A DNA stretch of 32,000 nt, taken from assembly GCF_000015145.1 (NCBI RefSeq), contig NC_008818.1:1635164-1667163 (forward strand), read 5' to 3'. How positions within the stretch are numbered: position 1 is the stretch's first letter; every line of letters starts with the position of its first letter. Position numbers and translations under genes: made by a program. Below are positions 9,034 to 18,572 of the stretch, piece after piece. Origin of the DNA: Hyperthermus butylicus DSM 5456. GTDB lineage: Archaea > Thermoproteota > Thermoprotei_A > Sulfolobales > Pyrodictiaceae. The notes under the pieces were generated by a model. That model did not search any database, was not told where the DNA came from, and saw only the letters and a program-made list of their open reading frames with translations.

Positions 9034-9059
9034 GCCAAGCTACACCCCCTAGGCCCCTC

Positions 9060-9665
9060 CTACCTCTTACGTCTAACAGTTAGCACGTAGAGGGGTGAGA
9101 CCTTCCTCTGCTCTTCATTGCCGCAACGTAGGCATACGAGCTTGTTTGACCCTGGTACACGGTGTAGGGGTGCTCCGCAAACCGAGCAGAACGCCATTAT
9201 GACACCATCCTGCGGCCTCTTTATGGAGAGTACGTAGACCGGTGCTGGGGATAGGCTTGTCGCTCTGAGAATGTCACCTGGCTTTACATAGTCGTATATG
9301 CTTCTTTGCTGCGGCGAATCACTAGCCTGTAGTATGTGGAGTATGCCGGTGAAACTACCGTTGTAGGGTACTAGCCTCTCATCAGCAAATATTTTTACAA
9401 GCATTAGTTCCTCGCGTGGTGCGCCAATAGCTACACCGTACACAACACTATTCCTCCTAGGTAGCCTAGGCTTACCGGTTACCGGCTTGACACTTATGCG
9501 GCGGTTAGCAAAGTCTATCTCGACCTGGCCGAACCTTGCAGCCCTTATAACGCCATCATCGACGTAGACACCGTCACCAGGCAGAAACTCTTCAATAGTG
9601 CATAGCGGCTCGCCGGGGAAGACCCTGCGTCCCCTAAGCTCCGCTATTGGTGCCAAAGCAGTCAT
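9060..9665 (-). CDS. csl4: Exosome complex RNA-binding subunit Csl4
   Basis: PGEPLCTIEEFLPGDGVYVDDGVIRAARFG, S1 domain, and C-terminal zinc ribbon FCSVCGAPLHRVPGSNKLVCLRCGNEE. Confidence 0.92.
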   Translation of the reverse strand: MTALAPIAELRGRRVFPGEPLCTIEEFLPGDGVYVDDGVIRAARFGQVEIDFANRRISVKPVTGKPRLPRRNSVVYGVAIGAPREELMLVKIFADERLVPYNGSFTGILHILQASDSPQQRSIYDYVKPGDILRATSLSPAPVYVLSIKRPQDGVIMAFCSVCGAPLHRVPGSNKLVCLRCGNEEQRKVSPLYVLTVRRKR

Positions 9666-9753
9666 CCCGGCAACTTACCTCCTCCTAGCCACCATTTGCT
9701 CTTACTGATGCGAGTATAATAACCGGTACACGGTGCACCTTCTTGACATGCGT

Positions 9754-10278
9754 TTAATAGGTAGCACGGATGGGGAAGACGTGATGCTCAACAACCACGA
9801 TTCTATAACCTAGCTCTTTAAGCCTAGCCTCAAGGAATCCTAATGCACCCTCAACATCCTTGTGTATCGAAACTATAAGCTCGGCGCCAAGCATTGATGC
9901 TGTACGTAGAAACTCTACATCAGCCCCCTTACGATGTACCCCGAAGGGTGGATTCTGGAGCACACAGTAACTAGCCCTTCGGAGAGGAAGGTGCCTCGCA
10001 TACGCCTGGACAAAGTCTACTAGGAGCACCCCATAGAGCTGAGAGTGGACAGTCTCCACTAGCTGTCGTTCATCAATATCGATGCCTATGCTATAGGAGC
10101 CTAGAATTAGTGAAGAGGCAAAAGCTATCATACCAGTTCCAGTGCCCAGGTCAACCACAATTCCACAACCCTGAGCCATTATTGCCATTCTAGCTGCTAG
10201 TTCGGGCGGAGTCCTATATTGTTCGAGCTCGCGTTTAGGCCGCGTAAATTCTGGCACATATCTCTCTAGGGTAATCAC
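9754..10278 (-). CDS. METTL5-like SAM-dependent RNA methyltransferase (C-terminus apparently truncated)
   Basis: RPKRELEQYRTPPELAARMA, VVDLGTGTGMIAFASSLIL, VLQNPPFGVHRKGADVEFL. GTG start at 10278. Confidence 0.88.
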   Translation of the reverse strand: MITLERYVPEFTRPKRELEQYRTPPELAARMAIMAQGCGIVVDLGTGTGMIAFASSLILGSYSIGIDIDERQLVETVHSQLYGVLLVDFVQAYARHLPLRRASYCVLQNPPFGVHRKGADVEFLRTASMLGAELIVSIHKDVEGALGFLEARLKELGYRIVVVEHHVFPIRATY

Positions 10279-10321
10279 TATCCTTGAGAGTCTTGGTAGC
10301 TCCTTAATGCTACCTCACCCT

Positions 10322-11359
10322 CTACCAGGGGAAACGGTACCTCTCCAGCCTACCCGTGATAGCTACAAACGCTTCTCCCGGCGTTAGTACGGGCTTCCAG
10401 TAGTCACCAAGATCCTCTATTGCAAGCCTGGGACAAGACGTTACTATGAAGGCATCGTAGTCGTCTGGCGAGAGATTGTCAAGGTATTCCCTGCTAAGCC
10501 TCTCACTGTATAGCAGCCTATAGCTTTTGCCAGCTCTTCGGAGGAGCTTCGTGACTGCCTCAACGACGCCAGGCCTATACTGGCCGGGAAGCAAGCCTAC
10601 TATTACCCCAAACCTATCTGCACTCATCGCTTGTCTTATCACCCAGTATCGTTTTGCAAGCCAGCGCCTCGCAGTACCCGTTACATTCTCCACAGTCCCG
10701 GTATATGGATCGGCACGGTAGACAGGCTTTGAAGCCTCTAGGGCCAGTGCTAAACCTATGGCGTGGAAGTAGCCACCGGCAATAACAACATAGGCGTCCG
10801 CATTGCTCCTCACTAGTGGCTGGTAGTAGCAGCCGAGAATCCTAGCTGCCGCCTTAACCTTGACCCCCCACTTCGCTAGGAGCTCTGCAACACGTATACC
10901 GAGCCTCTTGTGCTGGGCTGGGAAGCCTATGGCTAGCGTTGGGGCTTTTACGGTTTCGACGATCCGCGTTGCAAGACTGGAGAAGTCAGCACCAACATAC
11001 TCACCCTCAACATAGAATACTCTTGGCGGTGTGGTGTAGAGGCATCGGCTACCCATACAGAGGGGGTAGGGGTACTCGTCGTGGCCTATGTGTACTATGG
11101 CGTCCACAAATCCTTGACTGAGGAGTTGTAACGATGTGCTACAAGACCCGTAAACTGGCTCGAGGCGGATGATTACCTCGATGTCCTCCCCTAAACATTC
11201 AGCTATGATGCTGGAGAGTTTTTCGGAGAGGTGCAACATGCCAGGAGGTGCTTCGAGGAGAAGCCTCTTGTAGCCATACCTCCGGACATGCTCTATGAGT
11301 TTGGAAAAATCGAAGAGATAACCATCAACTATTCTTACACAGTCAGAGCTTCTGCTCAC
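10322..11359 (-). CDS. dph2: Diphthamide biosynthesis protein Dph2 (radical 4Fe-4S enzyme)
   Basis: RLLLEAPPGMLHLSEKLSS, EPVYGSCSTSLQLL, VDAIVHIGHDEYPYP, AYVVIAGGYFHAIGLALA, DAFIVTSCPRLAIEDLGDYWKPVLTPGE. Confidence 0.93.
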   Translation of the reverse strand: MSRSSDCVRIVDGYLFDFSKLIEHVRRYGYKRLLLEAPPGMLHLSEKLSSIIAECLGEDIEVIIRLEPVYGSCSTSLQLLSQGFVDAIVHIGHDEYPYPLCMGSRCLYTTPPRVFYVEGEYVGADFSSLATRIVETVKAPTLAIGFPAQHKRLGIRVAELLAKWGVKVKAAARILGCYYQPLVRSNADAYVVIAGGYFHAIGLALALEASKPVYRADPYTGTVENVTGTARRWLAKRYWVIRQAMSADRFGVIVGLLPGQYRPGVVEAVTKLLRRAGKSYRLLYSERLSREYLDNLSPDDYDAFIVTSCPRLAIEDLGDYWKPVLTPGEAFVAITGRLERYRFPW

Positions 11360-11361
11360 TG

Positions 11362-11904
11362 TTATGCAGCCGCCTTAGCCTCCTCCTTTAACGGTATGAC
11401 ACGGATACGGGATGGTAGTGGAAGCTTTGAGGCGCCACGCCTTAGTGCCTCCTTTGCATGGTCTAAGTGTTCCTTCTTGACCCGCACCTCTAGCACAGCC
11501 TGGCCGGGATAGACTCTTGCAGCTGTGCCAACAGGCTTGCCAAAGGCCTGCCTCATACCCTCCTGTAGACGGTCAGCACCAGCGAACGCCATCATCTTGT
11601 TCTCGCGCAACACATGGTGGGGGTACACCCTGACCCTGAAGAAGTAGTTCTGGTCGCCAATCGTTGTTGAGAGATACTTGTGCACAGCTACACGTGCCGC
11701 CTCCAGCGCGTTATGCCTTATCTGACCGCGTTCGGTGACATAGACTTCTACTATATAGTCATAGTCGCCATGCGGATTGCCCATGACGAACTTCTGTATT
11801 TTTGGCGGTGGCACACCATGTATATACTCCTTTCTAGTGTATGGAGGCCCTGAGAATGCCTTCGACCTTCTCTTGGTGTAGCAGCGTGCTGGCTTCTGCG
11901 GCAT
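11362..11904 (-). CDS. rpl10e: 50S ribosomal protein L10e (uL16)
   Basis: [43 protein letters not shown]...[14 protein letters not shown]...[17 protein letters not shown]. Confidence 0.97.
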   Translation of the reverse strand: MPQKPARCYTKRRSKAFSGPPYTRKEYIHGVPPPKIQKFVMGNPHGDYDYIVEVYVTERGQIRHNALEAARVAVHKYLSTTIGDQNYFFRVRVYPHHVLRENKMMAFAGADRLQEGMRQAFGKPVGTAARVYPGQAVLEVRVKKEHLDHAKEALRRGASKLPLPSRIRVIPLKEEAKAAA

Positions 11905-11968
11905 AGGCTACGCCACCCCATGAGAGCCGTTTGTGTATCCTGGTAGGGTTAAATGCTATACGCGCCCC

Positions 11969-13040
11969 CTAGGGCCTTGCAACTATTATGAAGGGGTATA
12001 GGTTTCCGTGAGCAACCCTCCTCTTATGCGTTACCCTCCAGCCGTACTCGCCCAGTAGCTTCTCGACAAAGCCATGCTCGGTGGTTATCAGTGTCATGGA
12101 CTTCTGCACAACCTCCACAGCCTCCCCTATAAACCTGGCATAGAGCCCCCTAACCTCCCTCGGGCTGCCGAGCTCTTATCCCGTAGGGCGGGTTAGAGAC
12201 AAGCACATCAACAGACGATACATACCTCCGCAGCTTGGTCGCATCGCCGACGATAAACTCTATCCTCTTCTCAACCATTGCTGCCCTAGCATTTAGTACT
12301 GCGCCCTCGATATGTCTTCTACTCTTATCCATACATATGATTCTTGAGTCTTCGAAGATGTATGCCGCCTCTATAGCTATGGTTCCCCCACCACACATGG
12401 GGTCCATCACGGTATCGCCATCAGCTGCACCGGAGAGGAGAAGCATTGCATAGGCTAGTGTTGGCTTCAACGCTGCCGGGTGGTCGTATATCCTGTAGCC
12501 TCTGCGGTGCCAGGATAGTTCGCCGCCAATATCTATACCAACCATGATATTGTCCTCTATAACCTCGACAGCAACCACCACTGCTGGATAGTCCAGGTCA
12601 ACTGGCGGTCTCACACCATACCTGCTTTTCACAGCGTCTATCACGGCATCGCCTGCAACCCTTGCTATGTCTAGTGATGTGTACTCGTGCGTGCCTGCTC
12701 TTTCAGCCCTTACTGCAAAGCTTGTCCACGGCGTAACGTAGAAGTCAACCCCACTACCTTTAACTATCTCGTAGACCTTCTCTAGACAGCTCCGTGCCGG
12801 GCAAACATTGGATTCTGCGAGCACTATCACAGCGCGGTGTATGGATCTCATCTCCTCGACGAATTCTAGCATATCCTCATCTACTTCCACGTATAGCCTG
12901 CCAAAGCCGTCTCTAGCCTCTAGGAGCCTAGCTGAGATCTTGGCTTCTGCTTCGTGTGCAGCGATATCCTCTATACCCGGATTGGTTGTGAGTAGTAGCT
13001 TAACCAATGCTGCAGCTCCCTCATGCCTAGCACGCTTCAA
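11969..13040 (-). pseudogene. THUMP-domain tRNA guanine-N2 methyltransferase (Trm14/TrmN-like), frameshifted near 12172
   Basis: The track ORF 12150..13040 has the THUMP region plus DPMCGGGTIAIEAAYIF and VLVSNPPYGIR, then stops. The homologous continuation LGSPREVRGLYARFIGEAVEVVQKSMTLITTEHGFVEKLLGEYGWRVTHKRRVAHGNLYPFIIVARP* is present in another frame down to 11969. Confidence 0.85.
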
Positions 13041-13746
13041 GCCGCTTTCTCAGCTTCTTAGCAAAATAGTATAGCATTGATGCCTCTCCACCCGTAATAC
13101 TGCAGCGCCACAGTATGTGCTTAAGTGCCGCCTTGACCTGGCTAACTCTCTCCCTGTCGACGAGCTTCTCGGCGAGCCATGATAGGTGCTCGTATATTCG
13201 TTCCAGTGTCTCGCCGCGGGCTGGCTCGTGAAGTTGTTTTTCTCCGCGCCGCGTGTTGTAGAGTTCGTAGAGGAGTATTGCTACTGCGTGGCTTAGGTTT
13301 AGGACGGGATAGTTTGGGTTAGCTGGTATGTGGACTAGAAGGTGGCATTTTGCCAGTTCATCCCTTGTTAGTCCTACACTTTCCCTCCCAAACACGACTG
13401 CAACACTCTCATAGCGTGGCGCTATCTCCTCGGCGAACTCGCGGGGGGTGACAGCGTGGCGAAGCACATCCGACGCCTGGCCTATCTTTGCACTCGTACA
13501 TACCGCTAGATCCACACCCTTCAACGCCTCTTCAAGACTATCAACCACTATTACACGATCCAGCATGTAGACTCCATTGGCGGCAAATCGCCTAGCCTCA
13601 CTGCTTTCAGGGCTCGCAACCGGCGATACAAGGTAGAACTCGTCTATTGCAAAGTTGGCAGCAAGCCTAGCTATAAAGCCTAGGTTAATCTCGCCCTCAA
13701 CACCGACAACTACCAGCCTCACCCTTGGCGGGCCAAGACTCTGCAA
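13027..13746 (-). CDS. trmJ: TrmJ/SpoU-class (SPOUT) RNA 2'-O-methyltransferase
   Basis: VRLVVVGVEGEINLGFIARLAANFAIDEFYLVSP, VAVVFGRESVGLTRDEL, CHLLVHIPANPNYPVLNLSHAVAILLYEL. Confidence 0.92.
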   Translation of the reverse strand: MQSLGPPRVRLVVVGVEGEINLGFIARLAANFAIDEFYLVSPVASPESSEARRFAANGVYMLDRVIVVDSLEEALKGVDLAVCTSAKIGQASDVLRHAVTPREFAEEIAPRYESVAVVFGRESVGLTRDELAKCHLLVHIPANPNYPVLNLSHAVAILLYELYNTRRGEKQLHEPARGETLERIYEHLSWLAEKLVDRERVSQVKAALKHILWRCSITGGEASMLYYFAKKLRKRLEAC

Positions 13747-14366
13747 GCCCTAACACCCACTATGTCCTCGAAGAAGAAGTGTATTTTGTATCTCTCAACA
13801 CCAAACCCCCTATCCCTAAGCTTTCCAACCAACTCCCTATCATCACCGCTAAGCGACGAGTATACCAGTATGATGCAGCTCGCCCATTCCCCAGCAATAT
13901 CCACAATCCTCTGCGCTTCACGTAGACCCCCACTCCATGCAAGACCCAATAGTTCATCGTACTCTTCTACGGGTAGGTACGGCGTATTATAGACGGCTAG
14001 TGTTCTCGTCCCTAGCCGCCGGATACACGTAGCATTATCACACTGGACTATGTCAACATACGCGCTGAGGCCTAGTCTCTCAGTATTAGTCTTTGCACAA
14101 TATGTCGCACAAGGATTAACGTCTATGAGCACCGTATAGGTTTTAGTTTTCGCTGCAGTATATACTCCAAGTACGCCTGTACCACAGCCAACATCCAGAA
14201 CAATACTATACCCGTTGCTTACAAGCGTCTTCTCTAGAATGTCTAGGGCTAGCCAGGTATCCTCAGCAGGCTCATACACATTCTCGCAGCATGAGAGAAC
14301 AAGGTCCCCGAGCGGTGGGCAGTTACTTGTGACTCGGAGCTGGCAGCTATAGCCGGGCCTTATCAC
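13719..14366 (-). CDS. HemK/Mtq2-like protein methyltransferase
   Basis: VYEPAEDTWLALDILE, VLDVGCGTGVLGVYTA, LAVYNTPYLPVEEYDELLGLAWSGG. Confidence 0.88.
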   Translation of the reverse strand: MIRPGYSCQLRVTSNCPPLGDLVLSCCENVYEPAEDTWLALDILEKTLVSNGYSIVLDVGCGTGVLGVYTAAKTKTYTVLIDVNPCATYCAKTNTERLGLSAYVDIVQCDNATCIRRLGTRTLAVYNTPYLPVEEYDELLGLAWSGGLREAQRIVDIAGEWASCIILVYSSLSGDDRELVGKLRDRGFGVERYKIHFFFEDIVGVRACRVLARQG

Positions 14367-14371
14367 GGCTC

Positions 14372-15127
14372 CTACCCATTCTGGGAGTCCAGCAGCTGGA
14401 TAAACTTCTCCGGCTCCAGCTGATAGACTCTTATATCTCTGCCAACAAGACCCTCAATTTTACTTAGCTCGATTCCAATGCATTTAGCTGCGACCTTTGC
14501 AGCTCTCTTATTCCTCTCTGAGAACATGCACTTGGTAAGCTCCTCAACCCTCCTCAACATATCTGGGCTGGGGGCGTCAGGCCTGGGTACTAGCTCAACT
14601 ATTCTCGAGTACACCTTTGGCCTAGGCCTGAAAGCTGATGGAGGTACCACTGGGCCTGGCTTAACATCGTAGACGAGCCTCACGAGAACCGTTATCCTGC
14701 CATAGCTTGCTGTGCCCGGCTTTGCAGCCAGCCGATCAACAACCTCTCGCTGGAGAAGCAGCAGTGCCGGTTTCCTAGCCTCGACAACTAGTAGCGAGAG
14801 CAGCGGCCCCGTGATGTTGTAGGGTATACTTCCATAAACTGCATCCACACCTCCCAGTCTTAGCGGAGGCTCCACAGCATCAGCTATGACGGGCATGAAC
14901 CCTGTAAAGTAAAAGCTTATTGAGGCAAGCTCGCCTACGAGCCGCAAATCAAGCTCTAGGCCGGCTATCTCGACGCTACAGCTACGCAGGATCGTCGAGG
15001 TAAGAAATCCCTGGCCAACACCTACCTCAAGTAGCCTCCGAAACCTACAAGCCCAGCCAGCAAAGATTCTCGCAACCCACCTTGCAACGAGGAAGTGTTG
15101 CCCAAGTTCGCGCCTAGCTCTTAACAC
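14372..15127 (-). CDS. ksgA: 16S rRNA dimethyladenosine transferase KsgA/Dim1
   Basis: RARRELGQHFLVARWVARIF, LLEVGVGQGFLTSTIL, VYGSIPYNITGPLLSLLV. Confidence 0.93.
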   Translation of the reverse strand: MLRARRELGQHFLVARWVARIFAGWACRFRRLLEVGVGQGFLTSTILRSCSVEIAGLELDLRLVGELASISFYFTGFMPVIADAVEPPLRLGGVDAVYGSIPYNITGPLLSLLVVEARKPALLLLQREVVDRLAAKPGTASYGRITVLVRLVYDVKPGPVVPPSAFRPRPKVYSRIVELVPRPDAPSPDMLRRVEELTKCMFSERNKRAAKVAAKCIGIELSKIEGLVGRDIRVYQLEPEKFIQLLDSQNG

Positions 15128-15136
15128 TTCTCAGCC

Positions 15137-15877
15137 CTAGCCCCCGCCACTACTCTCGCTTCCGAAGAGCCGCTTATAGATTAGTGCGAGGTAGTTTAGG
15201 AAGATGGGTCTAGACTCAATGCTTTGCAGTTCTCTACGGGGAGGCTCTATGAAGAGGTAGTAGCGCTGCCCACCCCTTAACTCCTCAACTATTCTCTCAA
15301 CAAGGATCTTGACTGGGTCTATACCAACCCTGCTAGCTATATCCTCAAAGTCCTTGAAAGGCTCTTTCTCGCGCTGCTCAAGGATTCGGAGTACAGTCTT
15401 CTTGCCGACGCTGGGTAGTAGCTCCAGACTGTGAAACCTAAGCGTTATCGGACCAGCAATGTTGAAGAATTCTACAAATATCTGCTCTCGGTTCCGTACA
15501 ATCTGCTCTACAATACTCGGCAACATACTTTTAGCAAGGCTTGTGAGGTCGTCATATTCTATCCTGTGTAGATCCATGTGCCTACGCTTCCTGACTCTAT
15601 CATAATGCTCGGCGACTACATCCTTAAGGCTTACCCTCTCACCAACCTCGAGGCTGAACTCAGGCTTCACCGAGGCATCAAAGAGCACGAAGAAGTTCTC
15701 ACCGATAAGCTGAGCTACGGGTCTATTCTTATGCCACGGATGCCTATCCACCGGGTTGCCTACAGGCATAAAGTCAAGTACATATGCATAGTCTTCGCGT
15801 GGCCTAAACTCGCGGTGTCTCGCATCCCTCCTGCCAGCCCTACCGTAAGGTGCCATTCTCCTAGACCCTCTCCACAA
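15137..15877 (-). CDS. DUF655 family predicted RNA-binding protein
   Basis: REDYAYVLDFMPVGNPVDRHPWHKNRPVAQLIGENFFVLFD and HSLELLPSVGKKTVLRILEQREKEPFKDFEDIASRVG. Confidence 0.9.
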   Translation of the reverse strand: MWRGSRRMAPYGRAGRRDARHREFRPREDYAYVLDFMPVGNPVDRHPWHKNRPVAQLIGENFFVLFDASVKPEFSLEVGERVSLKDVVAEHYDRVRKRRHMDLHRIEYDDLTSLAKSMLPSIVEQIVRNREQIFVEFFNIAGPITLRFHSLELLPSVGKKTVLRILEQREKEPFKDFEDIASRVGIDPVKILVERIVEELRGGQRYYLFIEPPRRELQSIESRPIFLNYLALIYKRLFGSESSGGG

Positions 15878-15963
15878 TACTAGATGCCAGCTAGTAGCCG
15901 GTACACCCAGAAACTAAGAGAGCAAGACGTGAAGGATTTAAAGAGAATGCCTTAGCTGGACGC

Positions 15964-16311
15964 TTAGCTCTCAACCGGGCAGTATTCCTTCAAAACCTCT
16001 AGGGCCTTAGCTATTTTCTCCTCCTCATACCCACCATCAATGTCGCCAAGAATGGCCTTCGCCTCCTCAACATCGACAGGCACGATGTTTACAAGGATTG
16101 CAGCCGCAAATTCTGTAAAGCCTATCTCAACTATGCGGCGAAAGGCTTCCTCTGCATTATCGGGGTCGCACTTCGAGAACTTTGCCAGGTAATCGTAGGC
16201 ACGTGCAACAACAGGATTCTCCTCCACGAGCCGCCGGTGCTGCTCTAGTATCTTTTTAGCAACGGGGAGAGGCACATATCTCGACTCAACTATTTCGACC
16301 AAGACTAGCAC
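15964..16311 (-). CDS. rpoF: RNA polymerase subunit F (Rpb4-like)
   Basis: ILEQHRRLVEENPVVARAYDYLAKFSKCDPDNAEEAFRRIVEIGFTEFAAAILVNIVPVDVEEAKAIL. Adjacent to rpl21e. Confidence 0.88.
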   Translation of the reverse strand: MLVLVEIVESRYVPLPVAKKILEQHRRLVEENPVVARAYDYLAKFSKCDPDNAEEAFRRIVEIGFTEFAAAILVNIVPVDVEEAKAILGDIDGGYEEEKIAKALEVLKEYCPVES

Positions 16312-16406
16312 CCTACAGCTTCACGTCTTAACAACTCTAACCGTATTGCATGGGAGGGATAAAATGCAGATACAGCTGATATCGCGTAGCTGCACGCTCC
16401 TAGGGG

Positions 16407-16730
16407 TTACTCACGCTTTGGAGGTGTTAAAGCCTCCGGCGGTACTGGGCGCAGATGCTCGGGTCTCACGAAGAGTATCTTAGTCTTACCGCCCACCCTA
16501 ACCTCGACAATGTATGCCTTTCCACGCTTACCGATTACTGTTCCAACCTTGCCATGATATCTTTTGTGCGGCATACCCTTCATAACTGATGGATTTATGA
16601 TTATGTAGACTTTGTCGCCCGGCTTGTACTCGTACATTAGTAGGCTTAGTGGTGGTACTGCACCACGCTCACGTATGTGCTTCTTTAGCACCTTCCTAGT
16701 ACGGTGCCTAAAGCCTTTGGACGGCTTCAC
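16407..16730 (-). CDS. rpl21e: 50S ribosomal protein L21e
   Basis: MKPSKGFRHRTRKVLKKHIRERGAVPPLSLLMYEYKPGDKVYIIINPSVMKGMPHKRYHGKVGTVIGKRGKAYIVEV. Confidence 0.97.
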   Translation of the reverse strand: MKPSKGFRHRTRKVLKKHIRERGAVPPLSLLMYEYKPGDKVYIIINPSVMKGMPHKRYHGKVGTVIGKRGKAYIVEVRVGGKTKILFVRPEHLRPVPPEALTPPKRE

Positions 16731-16798
16731 TGTTCTCCCCCGACGCCCCGCATCTATAACTAGCTAAAATAGGCTTAGCTTCCATGACGGAGTGACTC

Positions 16799-18127
16799 CT
16801 AGCTAAAGACTCCGAGGACGTCCAGCTCGGCACAGTATGCACGTGCCGAGAAGTACTCGGCGAAGCTCGGCCTGGTATCGCCTCCATCACCGCTCACAAG
16901 CTCCTTTATGTACAGCCCTCCCTCAGCATGGATTATTGCCTCAAACACGTTATCCGCTAGCTGCCTAGTCTTAACGCTGAAGACTATCTTCTCGCGGACC
17001 ACGTCAGGCCGCCGGTGTCTAACCCTCCGCGGGGTACGCTGCATTATGGACCTCATGTGGAATGCTTCCTCAAGCCCCTTCAGCTCATCCTCGGAAATTG
17101 GCCGCTCGACAACTACAAGTGCCTTGTAGAGCTTGGCGCGGTGCTGTGTTTCACCCTTTATCGAGGCGACGTCGCTGCGTCTCGCCTCAGATAAGAGCTT
17201 GTACTCGACAAGGCCTGCAGCATAGCTGTTAGCTTCAACCTCGGCTACTGCAAGACCTGAGATCCTCTTCCTAGGCCGTTTAGCTTCAACTATGAATGGC
17301 CGCCCTGTCCCCAGCATGCGTGCATCTGCATCCTCCCGGCCGGAAGCATGTATCACTATGTTGTCTGCTTCGAACACCTCAGCCAGTATAAACAAACCAT
17401 CCTCCACGCTGAAGGGATAGCGGCGCTCTCCCCTCCTGGTAACCCATGCTGACTGCGAGACGCGGCGCGCTAGCTTCCAATACCATCCCCTCAGGAGGAG
17501 CGGCATAACTTGTAGCTCAACTCTGCCTTCAGGAACGTGAACTAGAACCACTACATCAGGCTTCTCAAAGTCCGGCTTAACGCCTATGAGCTGCTGCAGT
17601 TTCTTGCCAACCTCTCTCTTAACCTCTGAGCCTATGGACTCGGCATACTCTAGACTGAATCTCCTCTTAACCTCGTCCTCCCTAAACCGAACCTCATCGT
17701 TCACCCGGGCAGCAACAATAAACCCACGAAACTCCAGTCCTTCAAGCATATGCCTTGCACGTTTAACAGCAAGACTGATCATCTCTTGCAGCCGCGACTC
17801 GCAAATATAGCAGCGATTAGGAACCAGCTTTTCCCCGAAAACCTCTTCATACAATTTTGCTGCTAGCTCACCTATATTTGGCGCAAGCCTTCTCAACTGC
17901 TCACGTGCCCCGGCATCGCCTTCGCGTATACGTGCATGCAGCGACATTACAAGCAGAGTCTTTAGGGCCCTTCCACGCTCTTCATTACTGAAACCTCTAC
18001 CCAGGAGACCAAACATTCTACCGAGGCAACTGTCACAAAGAGGAATCTCCTCTAGGAGCCTCAAAGCTTTGCTAGCAATACCAGTTATTACTGCCTCAAC
18101 GCCGTCGCTATGTACACCAGTCATCAT
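16799..18127 (-). CDS. pus10: tRNA pseudouridine(54/55) synthase Pus10
   Basis: CDSCLGRMFGLLGRGFSNEERGRAL, GREDADARMLGTGRPFIVEAKRPRKR, and C-terminal YIKELVSGDGGDTRPSFAEYFSARAYCAELDVLGV. Confidence 0.95.
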   Translation of the reverse strand: MMTGVHSDGVEAVITGIASKALRLLEEIPLCDSCLGRMFGLLGRGFSNEERGRALKTLLVMSLHARIREGDAGAREQLRRLAPNIGELAAKLYEEVFGEKLVPNRCYICESRLQEMISLAVKRARHMLEGLEFRGFIVAARVNDEVRFREDEVKRRFSLEYAESIGSEVKREVGKKLQQLIGVKPDFEKPDVVVLVHVPEGRVELQVMPLLLRGWYWKLARRVSQSAWVTRRGERRYPFSVEDGLFILAEVFEADNIVIHASGREDADARMLGTGRPFIVEAKRPRKRISGLAVAEVEANSYAAGLVEYKLLSEARRSDVASIKGETQHRAKLYKALVVVERPISEDELKGLEEAFHMRSIMQRTPRRVRHRRPDVVREKIVFSVKTRQLADNVFEAIIHAEGGLYIKELVSGDGGDTRPSFAEYFSARAYCAELDVLGVFS

Positions 18128-18572
18128 ACACTACCATGACTGCAGATGCTAGCCACCAGGCATTAAATCTAAGCCCCTCTACAGGCTCCAACGATATGCA
18201 AGTTGGACATTTCCTTTGCGAGAGAAACACCTCAACAGACACGCATTCTTCACAGTGATTAGTGGGCATTTCAATTCTAGATATACTAGTGCCAGGCCAT
18301 CTTCCCTCGCCCAACAACCTCTTCATAATGCCTGTAACTGTTCTCTCATCCATTCTAAACCCTTTAACTCTAGATCCGCTAGCTCGTAATCTATACCAGA
18401 GACACCTTGAGCCGATAGGGACTCCAAATACTACGTCTGCACATGCATAGCGACGGATGTTATTGGATAGGAGTAGGGAGGCAGCAACAACAAGCCCTGC
18501 AACTAGCGGCGAATCTTTTCCGCAGCCAGCATTATAACATATCGTTACCTTACACTCCTCCAAGCCTAGCAA
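18108..18572 (-). CDS. Hypothetical protein with a C-x2-C...C-x2-C pattern
   Basis: 154-aa ORF overlapping the ends of SRP54 and Pus10. Contains HCEECVSVEVFLSQRKCPTC. Confidence 0.65.
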   Translation of the reverse strand: MLGLEECKVTICYNAGCGKDSPLVAGLVVAASLLLSNNIRRYACADVVFGVPIGSRCLWYRLRASGSRVKGFRMDERTVTGIMKRLLGEGRWPGTSISRIEMPTNHCEECVSVEVFLSQRKCPTCISLEPVEGLRFNAWWLASAVMVVYDDWCT

